IMG/VR virus record: IMGVR_UViG_3300032232_000315 | Location: 1-25,428 of that record | Strand: one strand, 5' to 3' | DNA from: a virus | Taxonomy: Duplodnaviria > Caudoviricetes | Length of the DNA: 25,428 nt | Notes under the pieces: generated by a model | The model's database searches: none | What the model was told of the DNA's origin: nothing | Seen by the model: only the letters and a program-made list of their open reading frames with translations | Shown: positions 8,081 through 17,649 of the stretch, in pieces | Layout: each line of letters starts with the position of its first letter | Numbering within the stretch: position 1 is the first letter of the stretch | Made by a program: the position numbers and the translations under genes

Positions 8081-11000
8081 GAGATCACCACCGTATGCAG
8101 GTCCGTCCTTCCCAGTCTGAGCACCCGGTAGGAGCCGGATGCCGTACCGCTCAGGTCGATCGCTGCCCCACCTGGCGCTGTCGCCACGGTGAACGCGCTG
8201 GTGGTGAGGCCACCGGAACGCACGTAGTAGGGGGTGCGCTCCAGCAGGCCCACAGGCAGGGCGCCAGTAGTGCCAGGGGCGACGCTGAAGGTGATCTCAT
8301 CGTCCGCCGCCAAACCATGGGCGGTGGCGTTGCAGGTGTCGGTGCTGACAGTGAATGTCACGGGAGCATCAATGGCGCGGTCCGTGGCTGCTGAGCTGCT
8401 GACTCGGCATTGCAGAACGTAAGTCCCAGTAGCGCTGAAGGTGGCGGCTGCGGTGGATCCGTTCGTGGTGACGAACGCAACAGAGCCGCCCGAAGGAACC
8501 ACCGGCACCGACCAGCTGTAGGCAAGGTCGGCGGCGGCACCGGTGATCGCCGCGGTGAAGGTGGTGGCGAATGGACTGGTGCCGGTGGTGGCGCCGCTGA
8601 TCGTGACGGTGCCGATCGTGGTGGACCCCGATACCGCTGCCGCAAAGACTGCCTGGGTCGCCGTGATCGTGACCCCGCTGCGGGTCACGGCGCAGCTCGC
8701 CGTCTTGGCCCCGGCGCTGGTGGCGGTAATTGTCGTGACCGCTGCTGTGGAGCTGCCGAACGACAGGCCCGTGCCGCTCCAGACATAGCTGTAGCCGGTG
8801 CCAGTGCCAGACACCACCGCCGAGTAGGTGGCCGCCACCCCAACGGTCAGGGTGGAGGGACCGACGACCGTGGCGCCTGTGAATGTTGGGGTGATGGTGC
8901 CTGGTGCGTCGGTGGAGCCAACCGCGCCCTCAATAACCCAGTTACCTGAAACGTCCCAGCCGGTTGAAATCGTGCTGTAGCCGCTGGTATTGGTGGGCCA
9001 GTGCAGCGCGGTCACATCGATATTTCCCTCATCGTTGAAGGCCATCGACTGCACCTTGTAGGTCTGCTCCTTTGCGGCCAGCTCCGCAATCGTGAACACG
9101 GCTTGCGGCTGGCTCACAGCCGTGCCGCCTGTGATCGTGATCGTCGTTTCCTGGATCCCGCCGACTCCATCCCACAGCATCACCGAATAGGTGCCATCGC
9201 TGAGCGGATCACTGGCCAGGATCGTGCCATCGGCCAGGATGGCGCCATTGCGGGGCTTGGCATAGGCGACGGTTTCCATCGCCAACCGGAAGCACCGGGC
9301 CGGTGAAAGTGTGGCCTGCTGGGGGACGGTGGAGAACGTCACCTGATGGGTAGAGAGCCGCTTTAGGCGACACTTGAGCTTGGCCACATCAATGGCATGG
9401 CGCTCTGAAGTACAGAACTCGCTCATGTCAATGCTCTCGATTGGCGCCGCCTCGCTGGTGCCAGCCTCGCGGACCGTCACCTCGCGGATCACCGGAAACA
9501 GGCCTCGGTTGCTGCCATCCCCAACGGCGGCCCGTTCTTCCCGCCACTTCACGCTCACCCGGATCCGCTGCCGGTCTTGCTGGGGGAAGTAGCTGAGCTT
9601 AAATGACCCTTCGACGATGTTGCCGCCGTTGAAGCTGCCGGTGATCGGCTCGGCTTCATCAAACAGCACTGCAGGCTGCAAATAGCTGACGCCGTTGCGG
9701 GTCACCAGATCGAGCAGGAATAGAGCCGCTGTGTCGTTGCCCCATTCGCGGATATTGACCGGCTTCGGCAGCGTACCGTCCCAGAAGTAGCGGCGATTGC
9801 GGGTCCAGGTCGTCGCAGAGGCGAACGATGCCGAATCCACCTGGAGCGGGGAGAGAATGGAACCGACCCCATATCGCTCGCTGGTGAGCCCGTTGGCCAG
9901 CAGATCGGGGAACGAGTGCGAGGCGGCCATGGCCTGATTCACATAGGCGCTGAGCTGTCCAAGTTGAGTTGACTCTGAGCCGCTTCGGATGTTGATGCCG
10001 ACCAGGGCCAGGTTGTCGTAGGTGGGTGGGGTCGGTGGAATATCGATGACATTGATATAGGTGATCTCGTGCTCTGGGCTGCTGCAGCTCGCGGTGAACT
10101 CCTCGTAGACGAACTGCTCGGCCAGCCGCCCCCAGTCGTCCACGATGTTGCTGCCATCGATGTAGGGGATGCCAATGTCGCCAACCGCAGGGATTGTGCA
10201 TGGCATCTGGAATTCAGACTGCTGACGGTTCAAGAAGCTGCCTGGCACCCGCACCACGGCGCTGCCATCGGTCAGGGTGAGCATGGTGGAGATCCTGGCG
10301 TCAATCACCACCAGCTCACCAGTGGCGACGTTGTTACGAATCTCCCAGCCGCTCACCGGCTGATACTCCACCTCCCAGCGCTGACGCGAGGGGAACTCGA
10401 TTCGGTTGAACCAATACTGCTGCTGTTGCGTACTCCCCGACACGCCGAATAGCTGCGGAAACTGGGACCAATCCGCTGAGCTGCCTGCAATGCGATACCG
10501 CAGGCGCCAGAAGCTGAAGCGGGTTTCAATCTGAGTGATTGAGCCGGACTGAAAGTTTGTTGTGTCAAGGGTCTGCCGTGGCGGCAGCAACTGGCTCTCG
10601 TAGATCAGGCAGGCATTGAGATCAATTCGGTAGTAGCTGGGCGAGTCCTTGATGTTGCAGAAGCCAGATACCCGGATTCCGACCACGGATTTGCCGCCGA
10701 TCTCGATAACTTGCGCAGGCTGGGGAACTGCAATCGTTGCCCTGGCCATCCTCATGATGTGAGGCGCTGCCGTGCCGCACCTGGCGCCGCTGGTGGTGGG
10801 GAAGTCGCAAGACCCATTGGCAACGATCGTGAATGTGGCCGTGATGGAGACACCGCCGCCGATCGGCTGGCTTTGCACATCAGAGCGGAACACATCATCT
10901 GATGGCGTGCGCGACTTGCACACCGCAACTGCTGAGCCGATTCGGTAGGTTTCCCCCACCACGATGGAGTCATCCCATTGGCGCTGGCGGCCAGCCACGG

Positions 11001-12132
11001 CGGTGGCGATATCGCCTTTGGGCTCTGAGTAGCTGCCGCTGGTGAACAATTCGCTGGCCGAAGTGGAGGCGCTCAGCGTGTAGTCCACCTCATCACCTAC
11101 TAACAGGCTGGTGCTGGTGATGGTTGAGCCGCCGCGACGCAGCGCCACCAGGCCGCCACGGCTCTGACTGATTGAGTCGTTTTTCTGGCGCTGCACCAGC
11201 GCCGAGTTGTCCGGTGAGCACTGGATCTGGGAGTATCCACGGGAACTCCAATAGCTCGACGCCTGGACGATGTTTGGCGCGGTGGCGGGCCGCATCGATG
11301 GGTTGAGCCTGAACGCCAGACCGTTGCCGATCGGCGCGTAGACCCCGAAGGTGGTCTGACTGCTGGGGGAGTAACTGTAACAGGTGGCTCGCACCCACTC
11401 GTTGTTCAGGCCACGCACCTGAAATACATCGGCGGCGCCAGCGGCCTCTGCGTTGCCGGGGTCGTTGGCGGCCAGGCGACCATCAATGCGATCGGTGGCG
11501 CGGATCCTGCCGCCACCGGGCCGGTGGTAGATCGTGATCCTGGCGCTGCTGTCACCCGCTGCACCCAGGTCGTAGCTACTCAGCAGGTTTTCCCCGAAAG
11601 CAAATTGGCTGGCATCAATCCCGGTGATCGGTGCTTCGCCCAGCAGGTAGACCGCCCGCAGCATCTGGGATCCGCCCAGGCTGACCATCTGCGACCACAG
11701 CAACGGACAGTTCACCCGCACGCCGCCGTAGGTCACACCGTCAATGGTTTCACGATTGGCCCAGACAACAGGCACGGTGGACCCAAGTTCCACCACGTCC
11801 TGGCTGCTGCTGATCCCGGCCTTGGCCCCGAACTCTGAGCGATCCACCAGCCGCAGGCCCTGCTGATCGTTCTGGCGCAGCTCACCAGGTCTGCCGGGGC
11901 GCTTGAGGCGTGGGGTGAGCAGGTAGGCGGCGGCTGACAGCGCGGCGCTGATTGCCACGCTGATTAGCAACGGGATGATCAACAGCGCCACCGGGCCGGA
12001 TGCTGGCCTGGTTCTGCTCAGTTGCTCCTGAACCCGTAAGTATTCCAGGTATTCGTCTTCAGTGAATCCAACTGCTTCAATGATCTGCCGGTCGATCGGC
12101 AGCAGCAGCCTGGAGTGACGTTTGCCGAGCAT
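8077..12132 (-). CDS. Central tail-tip/hub protein, gpJ-like, with C-terminal Ig/PKD-like repeats (1351 aa)
   Basis: N-terminal hydrophobic helix then LGSTVPVVW, RRYFWDG, FNGGNIVEGSF, RVSVKWREE, FCTSERHA motifs of J-like hubs; Y(S/V)W..GTY beta-sandwich repeats at the C-terminus. Confidence 0.75.
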   Translation of the reverse strand: MLGKRHSRLLLPIDRQIIEAVGFTEDEYLEYLRVQEQLSRTRPASGPVALLIIPLLISVAISAALSAAAYLLTPRLKRPGRPGELRQNDQQGLRLVDRSEFGAKAGISSSQDVVELGSTVPVVWANRETIDGVTYGGVRVNCPLLWSQMVSLGGSQMLRAVYLLGEAPITGIDASQFAFGENLLSSYDLGAAGDSSARITIYHRPGGGRIRATDRIDGRLAANDPGNAEAAGAADVFQVRGLNNEWVRATCYSYSPSSQTTFGVYAPIGNGLAFRLNPSMRPATAPNIVQASSYWSSRGYSQIQCSPDNSALVQRQKNDSISQSRGGLVALRRGGSTITSTSLLVGDEVDYTLSASTSASELFTSGSYSEPKGDIATAVAGRQRQWDDSIVVGETYRIGSAVAVCKSRTPSDDVFRSDVQSQPIGGGVSITATFTIVANGSCDFPTTSGARCGTAAPHIMRMARATIAVPQPAQVIEIGGKSVVGIRVSGFCNIKDSPSYYRIDLNACLIYESQLLPPRQTLDTTNFQSGSITQIETRFSFWRLRYRIAGSSADWSQFPQLFGVSGSTQQQQYWFNRIEFPSRQRWEVEYQPVSGWEIRNNVATGELVVIDARISTMLTLTDGSAVVRVPGSFLNRQQSEFQMPCTIPAVGDIGIPYIDGSNIVDDWGRLAEQFVYEEFTASCSSPEHEITYINVIDIPPTPPTYDNLALVGINIRSGSESTQLGQLSAYVNQAMAASHSFPDLLANGLTSERYGVGSILSPLQVDSASFASATTWTRNRRYFWDGTLPKPVNIREWGNDTAALFLLDLVTRNGVSYLQPAVLFDEAEPITGSFNGGNIVEGSFKLSYFPQQDRQRIRVSVKWREERAAVGDGSNRGLFPVIREVTVREAGTSEAAPIESIDMSEFCTSERHAIDVAKLKCRLKRLSTHQVTFSTVPQQATLSPARCFRLAMETVAYAKPRNGAILADGTILASDPLSDGTYSVMLWDGVGGIQETTITITGGTAVSQPQAVFTIAELAAKEQTYKVQSMAFNDEGNIDVTALHWPTNTSGYSTISTGWDVSGNWVIEGAVGSTDAPGTITPTFTGATVVGPSTLTVGVAATYSAVVSGTGTGYSYVWSGTGLSFGSSTAAVTTITATSAGAKTASCAVTRSGVTITATQAVFAAAVSGSTTIGTVTISGATTGTSPFATTFTAAITGAAADLAYSWSVPVVPSGGSVAFVTTNGSTAAATFSATGTYVLQCRVSSSAATDRAIDAPVTFTVSTDTCNATAHGLAADDEITFSVAPGTTGALPVGLLERTPYYVRSGGLTTSAFTVATAPGGAAIDLSGTASGSYRVLRLGRTDLHTVVIS

Positions 12133-12605
12133 CAGAACCTCACATCAGCGCTGGGCGGCAAGGCGCCGACCATGGCCTGGGTCAGCACCCGCCGGGGCCA
12201 ATCGCCGCCGATTGCATCCAACGGACTGCCCAGCATCACGCTCACCTGCTGCTCGTCATGGGTGAAGCCAGTCACAGCATAAGTGTCAATCATCTGCACA
12301 CTGGTTTCATTCAGGGTGACAGCATCCAGCCAGACCGTGCGCACCTTGGCAATCCACAAATCATCGGCTGCTTGCTTCCAGATATTCAGCCCCAGCACGT
12401 TGGCTTGGAACACCAATAGCGCCTCGGCATTCGGAAAGCCAAGATCAACCGTGGCGCCGGTATATTCAAAGCCACCGAATAGATAACTCACTCCACCATG
12501 GGTTCGTGTCTGGCCAACGTGAAACTGCTGGAACGCATAGCCAGTGGGGGCGCCATCACGGGTTAGAAACTGCACGTAGACGCCTTCGGCAATGTCGTGA
12601 TCCAT
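12132..12605 (-). CDS. Minor tail protein, gpL/DUF1833-like (157 aa)
   Basis: Directly after tape measure; GVSYLFGGFEYTG and LGSPLDAIGGDWPRR pattern; TGATG coupled on both sides. Confidence 0.55.
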   Translation of the reverse strand: MDHDIAEGVYVQFLTRDGAPTGYAFQQFHVGQTRTHGGVSYLFGGFEYTGATVDLGFPNAEALLVFQANVLGLNIWKQAADDLWIAKVRTVWLDAVTLNETSVQMIDTYAVTGFTHDEQQVSVMLGSPLDAIGGDWPRRVLTQAMVGALPPSADVRF

Positions 12606-15600
12606 CAGATCCCCACGCTCCTGCGGGCTGCTGGGGAGGCCTGGAGCGCCCGCTGCTGCCGTGCGGTTGAACGGTTGGCGGCGCTGTTGGCGATGCCTTG
12701 GGCTTGCTCCACGGTCACGTAGTCAACGCTGTTGATGCGCGTGGTCTCCAGCTGAATTCGCGTTGTACTGCCGCCGCTGGCAGCAGCAGCCGCTGTGGCC
12801 TTGGCGGCTGATTCTTGGTTGGCGGCCTGCACCATCCGGGTGATCACCGCATCAGTGCGCTCAAACCTGCTGCTGGAGCTGGAGCTGGAGCCAGGCAGCG
12901 CCGCGCCAGTGGCGCCAATCACGCCGGGGTCGCCCATCGCTCCATCGGCACCACCGACAGGGATGCCAGGGATCGCTGGGTAGGAGGTGGCCCCGCTGCC
13001 GCCGCGGCGGATGGCTGGGCCACTCCGCATGTGGTCGGTGACCGTTTCCTGTGGGTGGAGCATCGCCATGAAGCCGCCTTGCCCGTCGAGGCCGCCGGAC
13101 CTGGCGCCGTCGCCGGTGTAGCCGCCGCCGGCGAAGCTGTAGCCGCCCGAGGGGATGAAGGCCTGGCCTGGCATCTCAAACTTGCTGCCAGCGCCGCCGC
13201 CGATCCCGCCAATCAGCGACATGATCGTCTTCAGCACCATCTGCCGGATGATCATTCGGCTGGTGTCAGCCAGCACCGATGCGGCAAATGCTTTGAAGTT
13301 GGTGGTGCCAGTGGTGGCCAACTCGGCCAGGCTGTTCTCGAGGCCGCCGATGCTGTCGGTGGTGAGCTGGCCCACGGCATCGCGCATGGTGCCGACCGAA
13401 TCGACGAAGCCCTGCAGGCCCTGCTGTAGGCCGGCACCGACGCTGCTGCGGCTGCTCATCTCCTGCATGTAGGCCAGCGAATCGGCCAGCGCTTCGGCCC
13501 GCAGGCGCTCGGTGATCAGCTGCTGGTCGGTGATGTCCGCCATCTTCTTGTCGAGCTCCAGCTTCGCCAGGGCCCAATCGTTGATCTGAGCCGCCACCAG
13601 CAGCTCACCCTCTTGGGCGCTGCGGACGTTGGCGTACTTCTCGGCGTACTCGCGCATCCGCTCCGTTCGCGCCTGGTCGTATTCGGCCTGTGCCTTCTCA
13701 AGCGGATCCATGGCTGCTGCCACCTGAAGCCGGGCCTCGCTGGTGGCCAACAGGTCGCGGGCGGATCCGAGTTGCTTCTGGGTTTCCTCGGCTGCCTTGG
13801 CGGCTGCCTTGGCCTGGTCCTGCAGCTGCTGCCCGTAATCGCCGAGCCCCGCACCGGGACCGCTGCCGGCGATCTCGCCAAACACCTTGCGCGCGTTGGC
13901 CTGGCGCTCGCCCATGGCCTTGACGCCGGAGCGCTCGTAGTGCCTGTCAAACAGGTAGGCCGCCTGCTCGGGAGATTGCGCAGTCTTGAGCTTGGTCAGG
14001 GATGCGGCTTCGGGCCCCATCATTTCAGACACCAGGAAGCGCAGCTGGGTGGCCATGTCCCCGGCCTGACCGCGACCACCGGCGAAGCGCACCAAGTCGG
14101 CCTGGCGGCTGCCGGTCCACTGGGCGAGGCCATAGCCGCCGACTCCGCGGGGCAGGCCAACGGCTCCGCCTTCGTTCACCCGGGGGTTCAGGCCTGATTC
14201 GCGCATCAGGTTGCCGACAATGCCGGCGGCCTGGGCATCGGTCAGGCCCAGCGCCGACTTCAGGGCGTTGGCGATCTGGGCGGCTGCGCTCTGCCCCTTG
14301 GCCCCGGCAGATCGGCCACCAGCCTTGCCCGCGCCACCACCGCCCCCACCGCCATAGCCGCTCAGGTCCAGCGCTGCCGCCGCCGGCGCCGCAATGCCAC
14401 CGCCGCCACCGCCGCCCTGGGCGCCGCCAGCGCGTGGACCCATTGAAGAGGCGCGGCCAATGGCGCCGATGGCATAGGAGCCGATCGGGCCGAGCAGCGC
14501 GCCACCGGCAGCCTGGGCCACTGCGATCCCGAGCTTGTCCCGGATCGCCTTAGGTATGGCGTTCACCATGCCCGAGATGTGCTGAGACACCCAGCCCATG
14601 GTTTCGCGGGCGATGTCAGCGATGAACCCGAAGCGGCCTGCAAAGGCCTCTGCAATCTTGCCGCCGGCCCACTGCGCGTTTTTGACCAGCTCGCCCCACT
14701 TGCCGCTGATGAAGCGGCCAGCCCCGGCGGCAAAGTTGCCCATGGCCTCCATGGCGCTCTTGAAATCACCGCTGATCACGTCGCCGAGATTGCCAACGAA
14801 ATCGCGGAAGGCGTCGTTGGTCTTGTAGACGTACGCCGTCAGCGCCGTCAATGCGGTGACGCCAGCCAACGCCCAACCCCAGCCAGGGATCCCCAGGATG
14901 GCCACCTTCACCGCGTCAAGGCCGCCGGCCAGCAGGGGCATCACGCCACCAGCCAGCGCGGCCTGATAACGCATGATCTCCATGGCGGCGCCAGTGCCCT
15001 GGATGGCGGCTCCCCCCAGCTTCACGGCGCTGGTCAGCGGGCCCCAAGCAATGGCCAGTGCAGCCGCAGCCACGGTGGCCTGTTGAAGCCCTGGCGGCAG
15101 GCTGTTAAACCCGGCGACCGCTGCGGTCACGGCGTCGGTGACGGCGTTCAGGGCAGGGAGCAGGGCAATGGTGAGATCCATGCCCAGCGCGCTGACCTTG
15201 CCGCTGAGAATCGCCAGCTTGTCCCTGTACTCATCAGCCTTCTTGGCGAAGGCGGCGGTCATCTTGACGCTGAGCGAATCAATCGCCGCGCCGCCCATAT
15301 TGAGCATTGGGATCATCTCGGCTCCGCTCTTGCCGAACAGGGCCATGGCCAGGGCCGTCTTGGTCACGCCGTCCGGCATGGCCTTGAAGCGGTCGGCGAT
15401 CTCCAGGGTCACCGCATCGGCGCTCTTGATGTTGCCGGCCGCATCCTTGGCGCTGATCCCCAGGGCTTTCAGCGCATCGGCCGCCTTGCCCTTGCCGGTG
15501 GTGGCCGCTTCAAACATGCCCTTGCTGAGCCGGCCCAGGCTCTTGGCCACGTTGTCGATATCGGTGCCAGACGTGGCCGCTGCCTTCTTGAATTTCGCCA

Positions 15601-15883
15601 GGGCCTCGACGCTGACGCCGGTGCGCTGGCTCAGGTCGTTCATCGCGTCGCCCGCATCGATGGCGCCCTTCACCAGGCCCACCAGGCCGGCCGCGCTCAT
15701 CAGCGGCAGCAGGGCGCCCAGGGAGCTGGTCAGCAGCGCCGACGATCCAGCCATGCCACGCATCGCAACCGACGCGCCAGCGGCCGTCTGCTGCACACCC
15801 TGCAGCCCGCGATTCAGCGCGACGATTTGATTCGCGCCTTGAACGTCGGTCTTGATTCTCAGCAGCGCGTCGAGGTTCGCCAT
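12605..15883 (-). CDS. Tail tape measure protein with internal phage-tail-lysozyme domain (1092 aa)
   Basis: Ala-rich helical protein after the chaperone pair; LSQRTGVSVEAL, ALFGKSGAEMIPMLN, FKAFAASVLAD and FAGGGYTGDG...LHPQETV motifs; AAGIVGNLMRESG...GLAQWTGSR lysozyme-like motif. Confidence 0.93.
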   Translation of the reverse strand: MANLDALLRIKTDVQGANQIVALNRGLQGVQQTAAGASVAMRGMAGSSALLTSSLGALLPLMSAAGLVGLVKGAIDAGDAMNDLSQRTGVSVEALAKFKKAAATSGTDIDNVAKSLGRLSKGMFEAATTGKGKAADALKALGISAKDAAGNIKSADAVTLEIADRFKAMPDGVTKTALAMALFGKSGAEMIPMLNMGGAAIDSLSVKMTAAFAKKADEYRDKLAILSGKVSALGMDLTIALLPALNAVTDAVTAAVAGFNSLPPGLQQATVAAAALAIAWGPLTSAVKLGGAAIQGTGAAMEIMRYQAALAGGVMPLLAGGLDAVKVAILGIPGWGWALAGVTALTALTAYVYKTNDAFRDFVGNLGDVISGDFKSAMEAMGNFAAGAGRFISGKWGELVKNAQWAGGKIAEAFAGRFGFIADIARETMGWVSQHISGMVNAIPKAIRDKLGIAVAQAAGGALLGPIGSYAIGAIGRASSMGPRAGGAQGGGGGGGIAAPAAAALDLSGYGGGGGGGAGKAGGRSAGAKGQSAAAQIANALKSALGLTDAQAAGIVGNLMRESGLNPRVNEGGAVGLPRGVGGYGLAQWTGSRQADLVRFAGGRGQAGDMATQLRFLVSEMMGPEAASLTKLKTAQSPEQAAYLFDRHYERSGVKAMGERQANARKVFGEIAGSGPGAGLGDYGQQLQDQAKAAAKAAEETQKQLGSARDLLATSEARLQVAAAMDPLEKAQAEYDQARTERMREYAEKYANVRSAQEGELLVAAQINDWALAKLELDKKMADITDQQLITERLRAEALADSLAYMQEMSSRSSVGAGLQQGLQGFVDSVGTMRDAVGQLTTDSIGGLENSLAELATTGTTNFKAFAASVLADTSRMIIRQMVLKTIMSLIGGIGGGAGSKFEMPGQAFIPSGGYSFAGGGYTGDGARSGGLDGQGGFMAMLHPQETVTDHMRSGPAIRRGGSGATSYPAIPGIPVGGADGAMGDPGVIGATGAALPGSSSSSSSRFERTDAVITRMVQAANQESAAKATAAAAASGGSTTRIQLETTRINSVDYVTVEQAQGIANSAANRSTARQQRALQASPAARRSVGI

Positions 15884-16206
15884 CAGGCCGCAAGCTCCGC
15901 CAGCTTGGCCAGGGCCGCGTCTTCCATTACCCGCACATCCTCCAGCACTTCAAGGGGGTTCGGCTCTTGCTCCAGGCTAAGGAGGCTGAGCACGACGCCA
16001 TAATCCAGGCCGATCCGCTGGCCATCGCTGACGCGCCATTGGGTGCAGCACCGCAGAAACATCCGGATCCCCTTCTCGGCGTCGGGGTGGATGTCGAAGA
16101 TCTGCACCTCAGGCTCGGGCACGATCACCCCCAGCCCTGCGGCTTCCACTGGGTCTGGTCCCTGTTGCTGGCCGCCGGTCACCCAGAGCTCGGCGGCCTC
16201 GATCAG
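15883..16206 (-). CDS. Tail assembly chaperone frameshift extension (gpT-equivalent, DUF1799-like)
   Basis: FLRCCTQWRV...GLDYGVV...VRVMEDAAL signature; the frame is open back to the slippery site and is -1 relative to the upstream gene, giving a predicted 222-aa fusion. Confidence 0.8.
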   Translation of the reverse strand: MIEAAELWVTGGQQQGPDPVEAAGLGVIVPEPEVQIFDIHPDAEKGIRMFLRCCTQWRVSDGQRIGLDYGVVLSLLSLEQEPNPLEVLEDVRVMEDAALAKLAELAA

Positions 16207-16550
16207 TTTTTTCGCTTGCCCTTTGCCAGCGACTCCAGCCAGGCGGCCACGATGGCGGAGGCCACCAAGGGGACGTTCAGGATCTTTTGACGGCTGACCT
16301 CAGAGAACGGCACATCGTCGCCAGCTTCGTCAAGAATGCCGGCCCAGCCGGTCAGCACCTGATCCAGCAGCTCGAGATCAGAGATGGTGCCGCCTTCGAT
16401 CTTCTCCCCGATCTCGCGCAGGCGATCCTGCGGGAGCCGCTTGAACTCGGCGTCGAAAGTTTCCTTGTCGAACTTGCCGCCGTCCACTGGGAACTCAACG
16501 ACGACGGGCCAGCGGTAGGTGACCGACTGGGAGCGGAGCTGGAGGGGCAT
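16203..16550 (-). CDS. Tail assembly chaperone (gpG-equivalent, 115 aa)
   Basis: Between tube and tape measure genes; VLTGWAGILDEAGDDVPFS motif; ends KRKN-stop. Confidence 0.85.
   Translation of the reverse strand: MPLQLRSQSVTYRWPVVVEFPVDGGKFDKETFDAEFKRLPQDRLREIGEKIEGGTISDLELLDQVLTGWAGILDEAGDDVPFSEVSRQKILNVPLVASAIVAAWLESLAKGKRKN
16206..16212 (-). other. -1 programmed ribosomal frameshift heptamer A AAA AAC
   Basis: Minus strand CGA AAA AAC TGA; X XXY YYZ in the correct phase; -1 frame reads K-L-I-E-A-A-E-L-W-V-T-G-G into the DUF1799-like ORF. Confidence 0.88.
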
Positions 16551-16568
16551 GGGTTGGAGTGCAGTGGT

Positions 16569-16586
16569 TCAGGCTCGGCAGCCTGA
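16569..16586. promoter_or_regulatory. Perfect palindrome TCAGGCT-CGGC-AGCCTGA directly after the tail tube stop
   Basis: 7-bp arms, 4-nt spacer, no U-tract; arms are the same as in the palindrome at 24009-24028. Confidence 0.55.
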
Positions 16587-17519
16587 TCAGGTCAGGGCCA
16601 GCGAAAACTCGTTGTTGCCGGCCGTGGTGGGAAGGAACACGCAGGGGAGATTCAGCATGATCACCCCGTTCATGTCGCCATAGGTGGGGTTGGTGATGTC
16701 GGTCTGAGCGCCGGTGAACACCGCGCGGTTGCCGGCGGTGGTGCCATGCGTGAAGGTCAGGTTGCCGGTGGTGGTGCCGGTGGCGATGCTGAAGAAGTCC
16801 TTGGTGGCAATGGGCACCGACTCGATCATCACCTGACCGCTGGGTTTGCGGTCGGTGATGAGCACCTCTTTGGTGCAGCCGATCAGCTCGCGATATTGGA
16901 TCTCGTTGTTCATCGCGAAGGAGAACGACGACAGGCAACCGGAATAGGAGAACAGACTGAAGGCCGTGGTGTTGCCGCTGGTGAAGATCAACGGATCGGC
17001 CTGGTTGCCATAGGTCACAGAGCCCACAGCCGTATCGGTGGGGGTGCTGTAGACGCCCGTGCCGGTAAAAGAGATCACGGGGATCTGGCCCAGCTCGCCC
17101 TTAATCTCAAAGGTGCCGCGCCAGCCGGTCACGGCGTGCTTGATGCCGTCCGCAAAGTAGTAGACGGTGGCGCTGCTGAAGGCAGAGCTCACCGGGGCGT
17201 AGGTGACGCTCGTCGATGCCACGGTTGTGGCTGCCGTTCCGCAAGCCAGCATGGCGGGGCCCCAACGGGGAGCGGTGCCAGCGGTGCCGCTGCCGGCCAG
17301 CTCCACCTCAAAGTTGCACTGCACCTTGATGTTGGCCAGCAGCTGGGTGCTGTTGCCCAGGTAAGGCCGCACCAGGTCCCGGCTCACCACATCAGCATCG
17401 ATCGGCGAAATGTCCAGACTGCGCACGGTCAGCGCATCGGTTCCGGCCGGCGTGGCATCGGTGCCGTAGCTCGATTCAGTCTTGAGAAGAATCGTCCGCT
17501 TGCGCGTCAGGAATGGCAT
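16587..17519 (-). CDS. Major tail tube protein (310 aa)
   Basis: LLKTESSYGTDATP, FEVELAGSGTAGTAPRWGPAMLACG, ITDRKPSG, HGTTAGN, GNNEFSL motifs; position between terminator and chaperone. Confidence 0.88.
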   Translation of the reverse strand: MPFLTRKRTILLKTESSYGTDATPAGTDALTVRSLDISPIDADVVSRDLVRPYLGNSTQLLANIKVQCNFEVELAGSGTAGTAPRWGPAMLACGTAATTVASTSVTYAPVSSAFSSATVYYFADGIKHAVTGWRGTFEIKGELGQIPVISFTGTGVYSTPTDTAVGSVTYGNQADPLIFTSGNTTAFSLFSYSGCLSSFSFAMNNEIQYRELIGCTKEVLITDRKPSGQVMIESVPIATKDFFSIATGTTTGNLTFTHGTTAGNRAVFTGAQTDITNPTYGDMNGVIMLNLPCVFLPTTAGNNEFSLALT

Positions 17520-17649
17520 CGGTCAGCTCGGTGGGGTTGGGGGCAGGAGCGGTGCGGCTGATCAGGGTCCGCTTTCCGGTCTTCGGGTTGAGCAGGTATT
17601 CACCGCCCACGCCGTCGAACTCGTCTGAGATCAGGCTAGGAACCGTCAT
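17476..17649 (-). CDS. Small hypothetical protein, 57 aa (not in ORF track)
   Basis: ATG 17649 overlaps upstream TGA (ATGA): MTVPSLISDEFDGVGGEYLLNPKTGKRTLISRTAPAPNPTELTDAIPDAQADDSSQD; overlaps the tube gene start by 44 nt. Confidence 0.7.
   Translation of the reverse strand: MTVPSLISDEFDGVGGEYLLNPKTGKRTLISRTAPAPNPTELTDAIPDAQADDSSQD

Noticed and set aside
14579-16003. 474-aa plus-strand ORF and the other plus-strand or off-frame ORFs in the track
   Set aside because: All overlap well-supported minus-strand phage genes and have low-information Arg/Ala/Pro-rich translations
15883-16182. Stand-alone 99-aa gene starting at GTG 16182
   Set aside because: Better explained as the -1 frameshift extension of the upstream chaperone; no SD before the GTG
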